DNA of 64,000 nucleotides from a virus (taxonomy: Duplodnaviria; Caudoviricetes), in IMG/VR virus record IMGVR_UViG_3300027983_002389; one strand, 5' to 3'. The notes beneath the pieces are model-generated. The model ran no database searches. It had not been told where the DNA came from and saw only the letters and a list, made by a program, of their open reading frames with translations. This document shows, piece after piece, positions 1-9,427 of this stretch. Position numbers and translations under genes: made by a program. The first letter of the stretch is position 1, and each line of letters opens with the position of its first letter.

Positions 1-831
1 ATGACTAAAATTGGAGTGATCGGAGCCGGTATTGTAGGCAATGCTTTTTATGAAGGCATGAAGCACGCCTTTGATGTCCTGCGTTATGATACTCGTCCTG
101 AGTTCTCTGATGTTGGGAGTTTGGTTGAGCTTTTACAAGTAGACGGTCCAATATTTGTGTGTGTTCCAACGCCCATGAATGTGGACGGCAGTGCAAGTAC
201 GGCGATTGTGGAGAGTGTAGTTGGCAACATTTACGGATGGGGCGAGCGACTTGTTGTAATCAAGTCAACAGTTCCTCCGGGAACTACCGATAGGCTGAAC
301 AAAATGTTCGGTCCAACTTTGTCGGTTGTATTTAATCCTGAGTTCTTGACTGAAGCCAAGCCAGTCGAAGATTTCAAAAATCAGGATCGCATTATTGTGG
401 GTGGTAAGTCAGAGGCTACACAGATTGTGGCCGACATTTACTCAGTTGCTTATCCTGGCGTCATGCAGGTTCAGTGTGATGCAACGACCGCAGAGATGGT
501 CAAGTATGTCGGAAATTGCTTCCTGGCTACCAAGATTAGTTTTGCGAACGAGATAAGTCAAATTTGTGGAAAGCTAGGTGTTGATTATGATGACGTAATC
601 AACTTAGCCATGCTGGATAAACGCTTGGGGCGATCTCACTGGAAAGTTCCGGGACCAGATGGACATTGTGGGTTTGGACTTACATGCTTTCCAAAGGACA
701 TAAACGCTCTTATTGCCGTTGCCATCGAACTCGGAGTTGACCCTAAAATTCTTCGAGCAGTTTGGGAGAAGAATTTAGAAGTTAGACCCGAAAGGGATTG
801 GGAAAAGATGAAAGGCAGGGCTGTTATATGA
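1..831 (+). CDS. ugd: UDP-glucose/GDP-mannose dehydrogenase family protein
   Basis: GAGIVG Rossmann motif, CVPTP, KSTVPPGT, FNPEFL, AEMVKY, GFGLTCFPKD. Confidence 0.9.
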   Translation: MTKIGVIGAGIVGNAFYEGMKHAFDVLRYDTRPEFSDVGSLVELLQVDGPIFVCVPTPMNVDGSASTAIVESVVGNIYGWGERLVVIKSTVPPGTTDRLNKMFGPTLSVVFNPEFLTEAKPVEDFKNQDRIIVGGKSEATQIVADIYSVAYPGVMQVQCDATTAEMVKYVGNCFLATKISFANEISQICGKLGVDYDDVINLAMLDKRLGRSHWKVPGPDGHCGFGLTCFPKDINALIAVAIELGVDPKILRAVWEKNLEVRPERDWEKMKGRAVI

Positions 832-1316
832 CAGGCTACAAATTTAGCCAAGATGAGTTATTGGCATTCGCTAAGAAGATTTATGAGGAAGCCTGTTATG
901 GATACATGGACCTCAAAGAATCTGTTTGTGATGCACTGGTTCGTGAATTTCTTGACGGAAGAGAAATAGTTTCGTCGATTGATACTAATGTAATGGCAGT
1001 CCCAGATCATGGCAACGCTTATAATGGAAGTATAGTGACATATGGCTCAGGCATGACATTTACTGCTTCCAGTGCCAATGAAGCAATGATTGCCGTTGGC
1101 ATGGGAGATGTAAGCATTAACGTCAATGAAGTATTGCATGGGTTTCATCCCATGAATTCGACTGAACCACCACCAGCGGCAGCACCAGTTTCGACTGAAC
1201 CACCAGTTTCGACATTTGAACGCTGGGGGCAAACTTGGGAATCTCCTCAAGTGCGACCTGAAGAGTATGTTCGCATAGAACAAAATTTCCTTGGCAATGA
1301 ATCCGAAAGAATTTAA
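828..1316 (+). CDS. hypothetical protein
   Basis: ORF; ATG overlaps the ugd stop (ATGA). Confidence 0.65.
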   Translation: MTGYKFSQDELLAFAKKIYEEACYGYMDLKESVCDALVREFLDGREIVSSIDTNVMAVPDHGNAYNGSIVTYGSGMTFTASSANEAMIAVGMGDVSINVNEVLHGFHPMNSTEPPPAAAPVSTEPPVSTFERWGQTWESPQVRPEEYVRIEQNFLGNESERI

Positions 1317-1329
1317 CAAAGGTTTAACA

Positions 1330-1713
1330 ATGGCAAAGAGCAAGATTTTGGCCCCATCAGGGCTGTCTATTTCCAGTAGCACCCCGATCATCGGGCAGCA
1401 GACATTCACCCCTGTTCCAGAGATTACAGGCGTTAAGCCATGTGGCTCGCAGGTATTGATTGAGATGTTGACGGCACAGGAATTGGCAAATACGACAATT
1501 ACCATTTCCGAAAAGACGGACCTCAAGGTTCCTCTTCAGGGATATGTGCGATCAGCAGGCCCAGGCTTTAAGAGTGGAGATTGGGGCTTCAAAGTTGGCG
1601 ACCGAGTGTTGATTTCAGGTGGTGGCGTGATTGCCCCTAACTATGATGAATCGCATCGTGATCGCTTTTTCATGGAAGCACACGCTGTTAAGTGCGTGCT
1701 GAATGAGGAATGA
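1330..1713 (+). CDS. groES: GroES/Cpn10-like co-chaperonin
   Basis: VKPCGSQVLIE...GYVRSAGPG...FKVGDRVL pattern; next to dnaJ. Confidence 0.75.
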   Translation: MAKSKILAPSGLSISSSTPIIGQQTFTPVPEITGVKPCGSQVLIEMLTAQELANTTITISEKTDLKVPLQGYVRSAGPGFKSGDWGFKVGDRVLISGGGVIAPNYDESHRDRFFMEAHAVKCVLNEE

Positions 1714-2792
1714 AAGACTTCTATGAAGTCCTTGGCATAACCAAGAATTCAACTGACGAAGAAATCAAGAAGGCTTACCGTCAAGGAGCCAGGCAGCACC
1801 ATCCAGATGTTAATCCTGGCGATCTTGAAGCGACTGAGCGGTTCAAAGAAGTTCAAGAAGCATACGAAACCCTAAGCGATCCCGCAAAGAAAGCTAGGTA
1901 TGACAATGCTACTCCGCACATGCGGTTTCGTCGTAGACCGCAAACCAAAAGTAATCCTGGCACGCCACCGCCAGGATTTTCTTTTGAAGAGGTCATGGAA
2001 GAATTCTTTGGGGGTAGTACATTCAAGGGCAGGAACATTACTGTCCGTTTAGAAGTGGACTTCAAGGAAGTCTTGACGGGTTGCACGAAGCACATCAAAA
2101 TCAAAAAACGTAAGCGATGTACGGGCTGCGCAGGCAATGGGTTCACTGGTTTTCAACCGTGTCCTAATTGTGAAGGCAGTGGCGCTGTGCAGGTCGCTGA
2201 TTCTCCGTTTGGTTTCCGCACAGCTTGTCAAGTTTGTGGCGGAACAGGTAAGGCAAGCGTAGTAAAGTGTGGTGACTGTATTGGCTTTGGGTATCTCCCA
2301 GGCTACCACGAAAAAGCTCTCGACATTAACATTCCTGCGGGTATCGAAAACGGTATGCAGGTGCGGTTGGCCGGAGAAGGGGAAGAATCCCTTCGAGGAG
2401 GCAGGGCCGGAGATGTTATGGTCTTTATTTTGGTGAAAGAACACCATTTATTCACCAGAGAAGGCTTTAATGTATCTGTTGAAGTACCTGTGTCATATAC
2501 ACAATTGGTACTTGGGGACGAAGTAGAAATACCTACTTTGGCAGAAGGCTCCATGAAGGTCAAAGTTCCTGCTGGCAGTCAATCTCATACGAAGTTCCGT
2601 CTGAAGGGGAAGGGTTTCCCTACTGGCACGGGTTCGTTAGGCGACCTAATAGCTACTTTGAAGATCGAAACGCCTAAATCTTTCGATGAAGATTACAAAC
2701 AAGCTCTGGAAAGGCTTTCTGAGCTAGAAAAAAAGAACGTCACGCCCCGACGAGAACAATGGGCAAAAAAAGTCAGCAGTGAGGGTAAATAA
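1710..2792 (+). CDS. dnaJ: DnaJ chaperone
   Basis: J domain with HPD, four CxxCxGxG repeats, DnaJ C-terminal domain. Confidence 0.95.
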   Translation: MKDFYEVLGITKNSTDEEIKKAYRQGARQHHPDVNPGDLEATERFKEVQEAYETLSDPAKKARYDNATPHMRFRRRPQTKSNPGTPPPGFSFEEVMEEFFGGSTFKGRNITVRLEVDFKEVLTGCTKHIKIKKRKRCTGCAGNGFTGFQPCPNCEGSGAVQVADSPFGFRTACQVCGGTGKASVVKCGDCIGFGYLPGYHEKALDINIPAGIENGMQVRLAGEGEESLRGGRAGDVMVFILVKEHHLFTREGFNVSVEVPVSYTQLVLGDEVEIPTLAEGSMKVKVPAGSQSHTKFRLKGKGFPTGTGSLGDLIATLKIETPKSFDEDYKQALERLSELEKKNVTPRREQWAKKVSSEGK

Positions 2793-2830
2793 GATAATGG
2801 AGTGTTACCTTATCGTCGTCAGGAGTTCTC

Positions 2831-3115
2831 ATGAACAATAATAACAGCAATAAATTACTTTGGGTCGTCATCGCACTAACGGTGATTATGATTGGGGTCG
2901 GTGTTGGTAGCAAGGTTTTGGTGGACAAAGTTGCCGACCGGGTTATTCAAAAGTTACAGAAGGAATATTCTCCTTCTCCTTATGGTCCCGGAATTGATCC
3001 CGACAAATTAGACTCTGAGAAATTGAATAAAACATCAAATACGCCAGCGGCACCATTTAAGGCGATTCGACCTACTGCTGCTTGGAGTGAAGATTGGGAA
3101 AAACAGCGTAAGTAA
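2831..3115 (+). CDS. hypothetical membrane protein
   Basis: AGGAG RBS, N-terminal hydrophobic helix. Confidence 0.7.
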   Translation: MNNNNSNKLLWVVIALTVIMIGVGVGSKVLVDKVADRVIQKLQKEYSPSPYGPGIDPDKLDSEKLNKTSNTPAAPFKAIRPTAAWSEDWEKQRK

Positions 3116-3469
3116 TTAGATTACTTTGCATTTAACTATTTGAGACGGCAATTCAGAAGTATCGTGGCCTAGACGTTGCATGGTGACAACCATAGTCTTG
3201 CCCCGCTCTGGTTTGCCGTCAATTCTTTGATATTCATCGTGCGTGAAAAACAATTTAGAATTGTCAGAAAGTTGCACATAGATTGGATTTTTCTTATCCA
3301 TAATGATTTCAATCCGGCCTCGCTTCTCGACATTAGGCAGTTCTAACTGGTGCGAAGGCAGCGATTGTGAAATTGACTTAGCCCAGGCAAAATTCTCCGG
3401 GATGAGAATCGCTCCGTGCTGTTCAACACATTCGATCAAGTCAATGTAATTTTTGAAATTGCTATTCAT
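3116..3469 (-). CDS. hypothetical protein
   Basis: ORF preceded by CTAAATA on the - strand. Confidence 0.65.
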   Translation of the reverse strand: MNSNFKNYIDLIECVEQHGAILIPENFAWAKSISQSLPSHQLELPNVEKRGRIEIIMDKKNPIYVQLSDNSKLFFTHDEYQRIDGKPERGKTMVVTMQRLGHDTSELPSQIVKCKVI

Positions 3470-3513
3470 GGTACTACCTTATTTAGCAGCCCTTAGATGT
3501 TTTTAGGATCAAT

Positions 3514-3828
3514 ATGGAACGTAAATATCAAGTCACATCGGCAACCAGTGTGATGAAAATGATAGTCACATTCAATAAAATTGAAGATGGAATTTCCGAG
3601 CCAATGATTATTCATGTTGGAGTGGACTATTTCAACGACCGGATATTTTTTGAGGGCGAACCAATTTCAGGTATAGATTACCAAGATTTGGAACAAGAAA
3701 TACTTGTTCATTTGCGTCCACCCATGATTGAACAGCCTAAATTGAACCCAGAAATGATGCAGAAAATATCTGATGTCAAAGCAGGCAATTATGGTACAGA
3801 CATAACAAAATACGGAGTTACTCGATGA
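3514..3828 (+). CDS. hypothetical protein
   Basis: ORF, coupled to the next gene (ATGA). Confidence 0.65.
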   Translation: MERKYQVTSATSVMKMIVTFNKIEDGISEPMIIHVGVDYFNDRIFFEGEPISGIDYQDLEQEILVHLRPPMIEQPKLNPEMMQKISDVKAGNYGTDITKYGVTR

Positions 3829-4298
3829 GTACAAACAACACAGAGAATCTTGGTTTCAAAGTATTAACTATGGGCCGTGAGGAGTTCGATGCACGCAGAC
3901 CATGCAATTTGCGTCCTATGACTTTGGCTCGCCTGCACGCCTGGATTGATTCCAAGACTATTGATGTTCGGCTGAAAGCCGAGTTAAAGAAATCTTCTGC
4001 CGCATATCCTCAACAGGCACTTGGAACTTGGTTGAGGATGTATCCTCGCCATTTAGCGACAGCGCAAAATTCACTACAAGAGAAGCCTGCGGACATCAAG
4101 GAATTTTTGGTGGAACTAGGTGACGAACCAGAAAGAGAAAATTATGAAGAAGAAAACACCATCCCCTTCAACGACGAATTTGACGCTGGGTGGGAGAGTT
4201 CAAGTCCAGATCAAAGCGGACAACCCCCAATTCCTCCCAATGTACAAGACGAAGGGTTCAGCGGCGGCAGATTTGATAGCGAACATTCCGCCGAATGA
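3825..4298 (+). CDS. hypothetical protein
   Basis: ORF with GGAG RBS; acidic tail overlaps dut. Confidence 0.6.
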   Translation: MSTNNTENLGFKVLTMGREEFDARRPCNLRPMTLARLHAWIDSKTIDVRLKAELKKSSAAYPQQALGTWLRMYPRHLATAQNSLQEKPADIKEFLVELGDEPERENYEEENTIPFNDEFDAGWESSSPDQSGQPPIPPNVQDEGFSGGRFDSEHSAE

Positions 4299-4644
4299 TT
4301 TCGGCGAGCAAGTTCTTCGATTGGCTCCCGGTCATATTGAAACTATTGATTGCGGTTTCTGTATGGCTTTGCCACCGGGTTGGGAAGCTCAAATTCGTCC
4401 TCGTAGCGGTTTGGCCCAAAAGGGCATTCAGGTCACGAATAGCCCTGGAACCATTGATGATGACTATCGTGGTCGATTGATGGTGGTTCTCAATAATGCT
4501 GGTCGGGAAATCGTAAATATCAAGCATGGCGAACGCTTTGCTCAGATTGCTCTCAAGCCAGTTTGGTATTTTGCTTGGAATATCGTAGACGAACTAGACG
4601 CTACTGAACGTGGTGCTTCTGGGTTCGGAAGTACCGGCGTGTAA
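4144..4644 (+). CDS. dut: dUTP diphosphatase (trimeric)
   Basis: AAADL, RPRSGLA, GTIDDDYRG, AQI, RGASGFGSTG motifs. Confidence 0.95.
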   Translation: MKKKTPSPSTTNLTLGGRVQVQIKADNPQFLPMYKTKGSAAADLIANIPPNDFGEQVLRLAPGHIETIDCGFCMALPPGWEAQIRPRSGLAQKGIQVTNSPGTIDDDYRGRLMVVLNNAGREIVNIKHGERFAQIALKPVWYFAWNIVDELDATERGASGFGSTGV

Positions 4645-4692
4645 TCTCCATTAACTTGACGAAAAAAATGTCTCTTGCTGAATATATAAAAC

Positions 4693-5499
4693 ATGATGTG
4701 TTTAGAGACAGCCCTATCAAGATATTCCAATGTCAAAGTCTTGAAAAAATGCGACCAATGCGGAAATATTCATAATATTTCTTACAGAAGAACTGTTGAC
4801 AACTATGAAAAATATTCTAGTCATTTATGTACTTCTTGTTCTAAAAAAATAAATCCAAACAATAGAATTTATCACTACGATAGGAGTTTTTTCAAGAATA
4901 TTGATTGTGAGGAAAAGGCTTACTTCTTGGGATGGGTGGCGAGCGATGGTTGGATGGAGAAAGATCGAGTTTGCATCGCAGTTCACAAACGAGATAAAGA
5001 GATACTTGATAAATTGCGAGACATAATTTGTCCTCATTTACCCATTGCGAACAAAGATGTTAAAACCGTTTGTTTGAGGATTAGCTCACATGAAATAGTT
5101 TCTGATATTTGTAAATGGTTGTCTGTATCTCCTGGTTCTAAATTTGCGACCGTGAGGTTTCCAAAATTGTTAGATAAAAGTCTTAATTGTCATTTCATGA
5201 GAGGTTTATTCGATGGTGATGGACACATTAGAAAATCAAATGTTAAAGGACAATCACTTTCTTGTTGTTTGCGAAGTTCTTCGCCACACATGAGAGACTC
5301 TGTAATGAAAATATTTGGCGGCACAGAATATAAAAATAGCGTGAACTGGTGTCTCAAATCCGGGGCGATTAGTTTTTTAGATGAAATTTATTTCAACTGT
5401 AAATGGCATTTGAATCGCAAGTTAGCAACTTACAATAATTGGAAGGATCACTATGAAAGTGTTTGTAGTAATGTCAATAGCAAGGCAAGTAGACGGTGA
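4693..5499 (+). mobile_element. free-standing double-motif LAGLIDADG homing endonuclease with N-terminal CxxC pair
   Basis: YFLGWVASDG and FMRGLFDGDG motifs; AT-richer than neighbours; directly after dut. Confidence 0.85.
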
Positions 5500-5668
5500 G
5501 TGGTGTGTGTTAAAGGCAGAGAAAGCCTTCACTCAGGCTTCTAAAGCTGATGAGTATGCCAAGGGTTTAGCTAAGCGATATACTGAATCAATTCCTACTC
5601 CAAGTGGCCCGATGGCCTGTATCTGTGAGCGAGGAGTTTTTGATTTAGATGTAGATGAAGAAGAATAA
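5453..5668 (+). CDS. hypothetical protein
   Basis: ORF with AAGGA RBS. Confidence 0.6.
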   Translation: MKVFVVMSIARQVDGEWCVLKAEKAFTQASKADEYAKGLAKRYTESIPTPSGPMACICERGVFDLDVDEEE

Positions 5669-5721
5669 TTGGCGATTCACTCTTTTAGCTTAGATGGTTA
5701 TTTTTTCCCCGAAGGAGCAAC

Positions 5722-6477
5722 ATGGCAAATTCAATTACGCCGCATACGAACCAAGCGGTCCACAATCCCCTAGAGGGCGATAGACCAGAACTGAGCGTCA
5801 AACTTCATGAGAATACTGACGAGCATGTTTCGATTATCGTGGTTCATAAAGACAGACCTGAATATCTCAACATTTGTCTTCAGTCTATTGCAGTAGCTTC
5901 GTTTAACAACAATTACGAAATTATTGTCGTTGACAACGGCAGCGGCAAAGAGTCTCAGGAATTCCTGGACGAGATTGAAGGCGAAGTGAAGGTTGTTCGC
6001 AACGAGAAGAACTTATACTGGTCAGCCGCCGCCAATAAGGGTGTTCAGGCCGCTGACAAGAACAGCAAATACTTCATCTTTATGCACTGTGATGTGGTTG
6101 TTCTTAACCCAGCGTGGATTGACCTGTTGATTAACGTCTCCGAGGCACAACAGTCTGGTTTTGTTGGTATCGACACCCAGACTTACATGATGGGCAATCA
6201 GCGAGTTGACTTCTTGCAAGAACACGTTTTGTTGATTACTCGTGAAGCCTGGGATGATATTGGCCCTTGGCCAGAGCAATTGCCTCAGATCGGACCATCA
6301 TTCATCATGACGCTTAAAGCACAGAATCGTGGTCATAAACCACAAATCATGAAGAATCAAATTGTTCATCATTATCGCATCTTCAGTTTGGACATTAGTG
6401 AGTTTGAGCGAATGACGGAACAGGCAATGGTGGTTTTGCCAAAATTGATGAGTGATGTACAGTCGAGGCCGCTATGA
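5722..6477 (+). CDS. glycosyltransferase family 2
   Basis: SIIVV, EIIVVDNGS, NKG motifs of the GT-A fold. Confidence 0.85.
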   Translation: MANSITPHTNQAVHNPLEGDRPELSVKLHENTDEHVSIIVVHKDRPEYLNICLQSIAVASFNNNYEIIVVDNGSGKESQEFLDEIEGEVKVVRNEKNLYWSAAANKGVQAADKNSKYFIFMHCDVVVLNPAWIDLLINVSEAQQSGFVGIDTQTYMMGNQRVDFLQEHVLLITREAWDDIGPWPEQLPQIGPSFIMTLKAQNRGHKPQIMKNQIVHHYRIFSLDISEFERMTEQAMVVLPKLMSDVQSRPL

Positions 6478-7157
6478 AAGCAACTGCTAAAGATGCTAAT
6501 TTGGCTGTATTCGATGAAGTCTTTGAACAAGATAGATTCCATTATTTTTGGAATTATTTTAATGGACTGGATTATGCTTATAAATCAAGCACAGCTTGGC
6601 ATAAAGTTTGGCGAATCAATGACGGTCAGGTTTTAGCTAGTCTTTCTTCACATCACTCAAAAGCTCCGTTCAACAGTCCAATGGATTGGATTGACCAAAC
6701 TGTAACTGCGATAGCAGGGCAGCTTGAGGATGTTGTGGGCAAGAAAGGAGAAGATTGGAACGATATTATTTATACGCCTTACATATACCCGGCAGGAACC
6801 AAGATTTCCTGGCATGACGATACTGGATATACTGGAGCTTGTATTTTTTATCCACATCCAGAATGGAGTCCGCATTGGGGCGGCGAACTTTATGTTGCCA
6901 AGACGCCTTCGCCGGAAGAGAGCAAGCAACTTGTTTTGAATAATGCCAAGGGGTCAGTGGTGGACATGATGACTCGTGATTATGTTGCCCCGCTTCTGAA
7001 TGCTTATGGCATGGGAACTTATATTTCTCCTTTGCCTAACCGAATGGCGTTTACATCAGGGGCCGTTTGGCACGCTGTTAATCGAGTGGATACAGCGGCA
7101 GGAGACAAGATGCGATGTTCTATTGTTGCTTTCTTTTTGCCCGAAAAGATTCAATAA
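6474..7157 (+). CDS. 2OG-Fe(II) oxygenase
   Basis: WHDD, WGGEL, PLPNR, WHAV..V, terminal R-x-S. Confidence 0.85.
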   Translation: MKATAKDANLAVFDEVFEQDRFHYFWNYFNGLDYAYKSSTAWHKVWRINDGQVLASLSSHHSKAPFNSPMDWIDQTVTAIAGQLEDVVGKKGEDWNDIIYTPYIYPAGTKISWHDDTGYTGACIFYPHPEWSPHWGGELYVAKTPSPEESKQLVLNNAKGSVVDMMTRDYVAPLLNAYGMGTYISPLPNRMAFTSGAVWHAVNRVDTAAGDKMRCSIVAFFLPEKIQ

Positions 7158-7610
7158 TTACTTTGGTAATTTCTTAATGAAGTTAAATCTTTCTTCATTG
7201 TGGTAAGTCGTTGGTGGGTGTTTTGCATAAACACTTGCATAGGTCATTGCAAAAATTTCCTCATCATTTTGATTCAATGCGGGACTCTTGCCCATCTCTT
7301 TTTTGGTTTTCTTAACAATGCTGCTCCACTCTTTTTTGAGTGTAGAGGTCATTTTGTATTCAAAAACCAAGTGAGCTATTTCGTGAAGTGTGGTGAATTC
7401 TCTGCCATAATTCCAGGGAGCCGCTACGACAATTTTGTCCTTGTGGATATAGCCAATATGTTCATCATCACCCTTCAGTGTATTTCCTGGGGTGTATTTG
7501 AATTTGTAGCCGTCCAATAGCTTTTGATGGCCAAGCGGCAGCTTAGAGATCATCGCTTTGACGTTCTCATGCTCCTCGCTTTCCAGAAATGTTCTAAATC
7601 CTTCCATCAT
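7158..7610 (-). CDS. zincin-like metallopeptidase
   Basis: TLHEIAH (HExxH) and downstream EEIFA. Confidence 0.7.
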   Translation of the reverse strand: MMEGFRTFLESEEHENVKAMISKLPLGHQKLLDGYKFKYTPGNTLKGDDEHIGYIHKDKIVVAAPWNYGREFTTLHEIAHLVFEYKMTSTLKKEWSSIVKKTKKEMGKSPALNQNDEEIFAMTYASVYAKHPPTTYHNEERFNFIKKLPK

Positions 7611-7675
7611 AATATTTTCTCCCTGGTGTATTTAGAACTCTTTGATGTTTTTTATCGGCGTGCATACAATACATT

Positions 7676-8153
7676 ATCACGGCCCCATTCGGGGAGGAGT
7701 CGATTGCCTTAAACATCGAGAGCCATTTGTGGTTGGCTACAAATATTCCATAATGCGGAGTCTGCAACAAGACCGGGAGAACCATCTCCTTAAAACTGAT
7801 CGCTTGTCTTTTAGCGTTACATCAGACCGCTCGTTTATTGGCGAGACAATAGCAAGGTGACGAAAACGACCTTAACTGACGGACAGCCCTAAGAGAGCGG
7901 CAATCTCTTAACCGTGGTCTTGGAAGGTACGGGTATCCGTGGTAGGAGCAGAAATAAAGTACATCAACTATTGTCTGATTAAGGAGTTCCCCAATGTCGT
8001 ATCGGGGAGTTTTAATCCAAGCTGGCCTTGGTTGGATCATGACGTACTTTCGACATTCTGTAATGACCAGCCTATGCTAAATGCGCCGGAAAAGAACAAT
8101 TTCGTGGAAAACTGACCATCCTGGGGAGCTTGTGTAAACAAGCTCCCTTTTTT
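7676..8153 (+). ncRNA. putative large structured ncRNA (about 470 nt)
   Basis: TACAAT at 7665, terminator at 8124-8153, several nested helices, no convincing ORF. Confidence 0.55.
8124..8153 (+). terminator. intrinsic terminator
   Basis: GGGAGCTTGT-GTAA-ACAAGCTCCC followed by a T run. Confidence 0.85.
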
Positions 8154-8197
8154 AATGTTTGATACTAAATAAGAACAACGAGGAGCTTAAATAAAGC

Positions 8198-8923
8198 ATG
8201 GCACGACAAAAACCCCAAAGGGCTGAAAAGCCTACCAGCAGACGAGACACCGCAATTCCTCAAGCTCAAGGGAAACGTCATCCGTTTCATCTCGAATTTC
8301 TCAATCAGGCTCAGAAAATGGCCTGGGGAGCATTCGATCAACACGATGTATTGTTTCTTTTAGGTCCAGCCGGATGCGGAAAAACCCACTTAGCATGTGC
8401 GTTCGCCATCAGTGAGATTCTTGCGAAACGAAAGAAGAAGTGTATTTTGACTCGACCTATTGTCGAAGCAGGAGAAGCTCTTGGTTTCTTGCCAGGAACT
8501 TTTGATGAAAAGGTCATGCCTTATATGATGCCCATGTATGACTGTATTCAGAAGTGCGTTGGCATTGAAGGCCCTCAGAGAGAGATCATTGACCGCAGCA
8601 TTGAAGTTGCACCTATCGCTTATATGCGTGGTAGAACTTTTGACAGTTCCGTGTGTATCTTTGACGAAGCTCAGAATGCCACGAAGTCCCAACTCAAGTT
8701 GTTCATGACTCGTTTTGGCGAAAACAGCAAGATTATTATCACTGGCGATCCTCAGCAGAGCGATCTTCGTCCTGGCGATCAGGGCTTGATGCACATTGTC
8801 AACAAGCTCGAAGATTTACCGGGTGTAGGGGTTATATACTTCAAAGCTAGTTCTATTGTTCGTCACCCATTGATTGCAGCAATTCTGGAACGACTTGAAG
8901 AAAAGGCCCCAGATCAACAGTAA
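8198..8923 (+). CDS. phoH: PhoH family ATPase
   Basis: GPAGCGKT, TRP, LGFLPG, YMRGRT, DEAQN, GDPQQSD, VRH. Confidence 0.95.
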   Translation: MARQKPQRAEKPTSRRDTAIPQAQGKRHPFHLEFLNQAQKMAWGAFDQHDVLFLLGPAGCGKTHLACAFAISEILAKRKKKCILTRPIVEAGEALGFLPGTFDEKVMPYMMPMYDCIQKCVGIEGPQREIIDRSIEVAPIAYMRGRTFDSSVCIFDEAQNATKSQLKLFMTRFGENSKIIITGDPQQSDLRPGDQGLMHIVNKLEDLPGVGVIYFKASSIVRHPLIAAILERLEEKAPDQQ

Positions 8924-8932
8924 AGGATATAT

Positions 8933-9346
8933 ATGCCACTCGTAATAGCAAACGTCGGAGAGTTAGAGCTTCTTGACAAGATGTTGAAGGATGCTCTAAC
9001 TGTAGACGAAAATTATACACTGAAATTGTTTACGAATAACGTAACTCCAGATCAAGCGTCTATTGCTTCTACGTTTACCGAGGCCACCTTTACAGGTTAC
9101 TCGGCAAAGGCACTTACTAGAACCGCTTGGAGTGCCGCCACTACGGTTTCCAATAAAGCTCAAAGCAGTTATTCGCAGCAAAGTTGGACTTGTGGTGCGA
9201 CGGGCGACACAATTTATGGATACTATGTGATTGCAGCTACGTCTACTGTTCTTCTGTGGGCAGAAAAATTTGATTCACCTAGAATCGTCGCAAATACAGA
9301 CGTTTTTAATGTCACGCCGGTCTTCACTTTCAATAGTGAAAACTAA
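8933..9346 (+). CDS. putative virion structural protein
   Basis: Thr/Ala-rich beta protein, LKLFTN..P...TEA...GY pattern reminiscent of phage tail-associated proteins. Confidence 0.5.
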   Translation: MPLVIANVGELELLDKMLKDALTVDENYTLKLFTNNVTPDQASIASTFTEATFTGYSAKALTRTAWSAATTVSNKAQSSYSQQSWTCGATGDTIYGYYVIAATSTVLLWAEKFDSPRIVANTDVFNVTPVFTFNSEN

Positions 9347-9427
9347 CACCTTTCCATGCCCTGTGATAAATCCCCGTTAGCTGCGGGGATTTTGTTTTTG
9401 TAGGGTAAATACTTCCAGGAAGGTGCT

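Noticed and set aside
4144-4298. 155-nt overlap of dut with the upstream ORF
   Set aside because: The upstream tail is low-complexity and acidic; probably tolerated run-on rather than a system.
7676-8153. RNase P RNA or canonical tmRNA
   Set aside because: Lacks the GAGGAAAGTCC and terminal CR-V motifs and has no tRNA-like ends; kept as unknown ncRNA.
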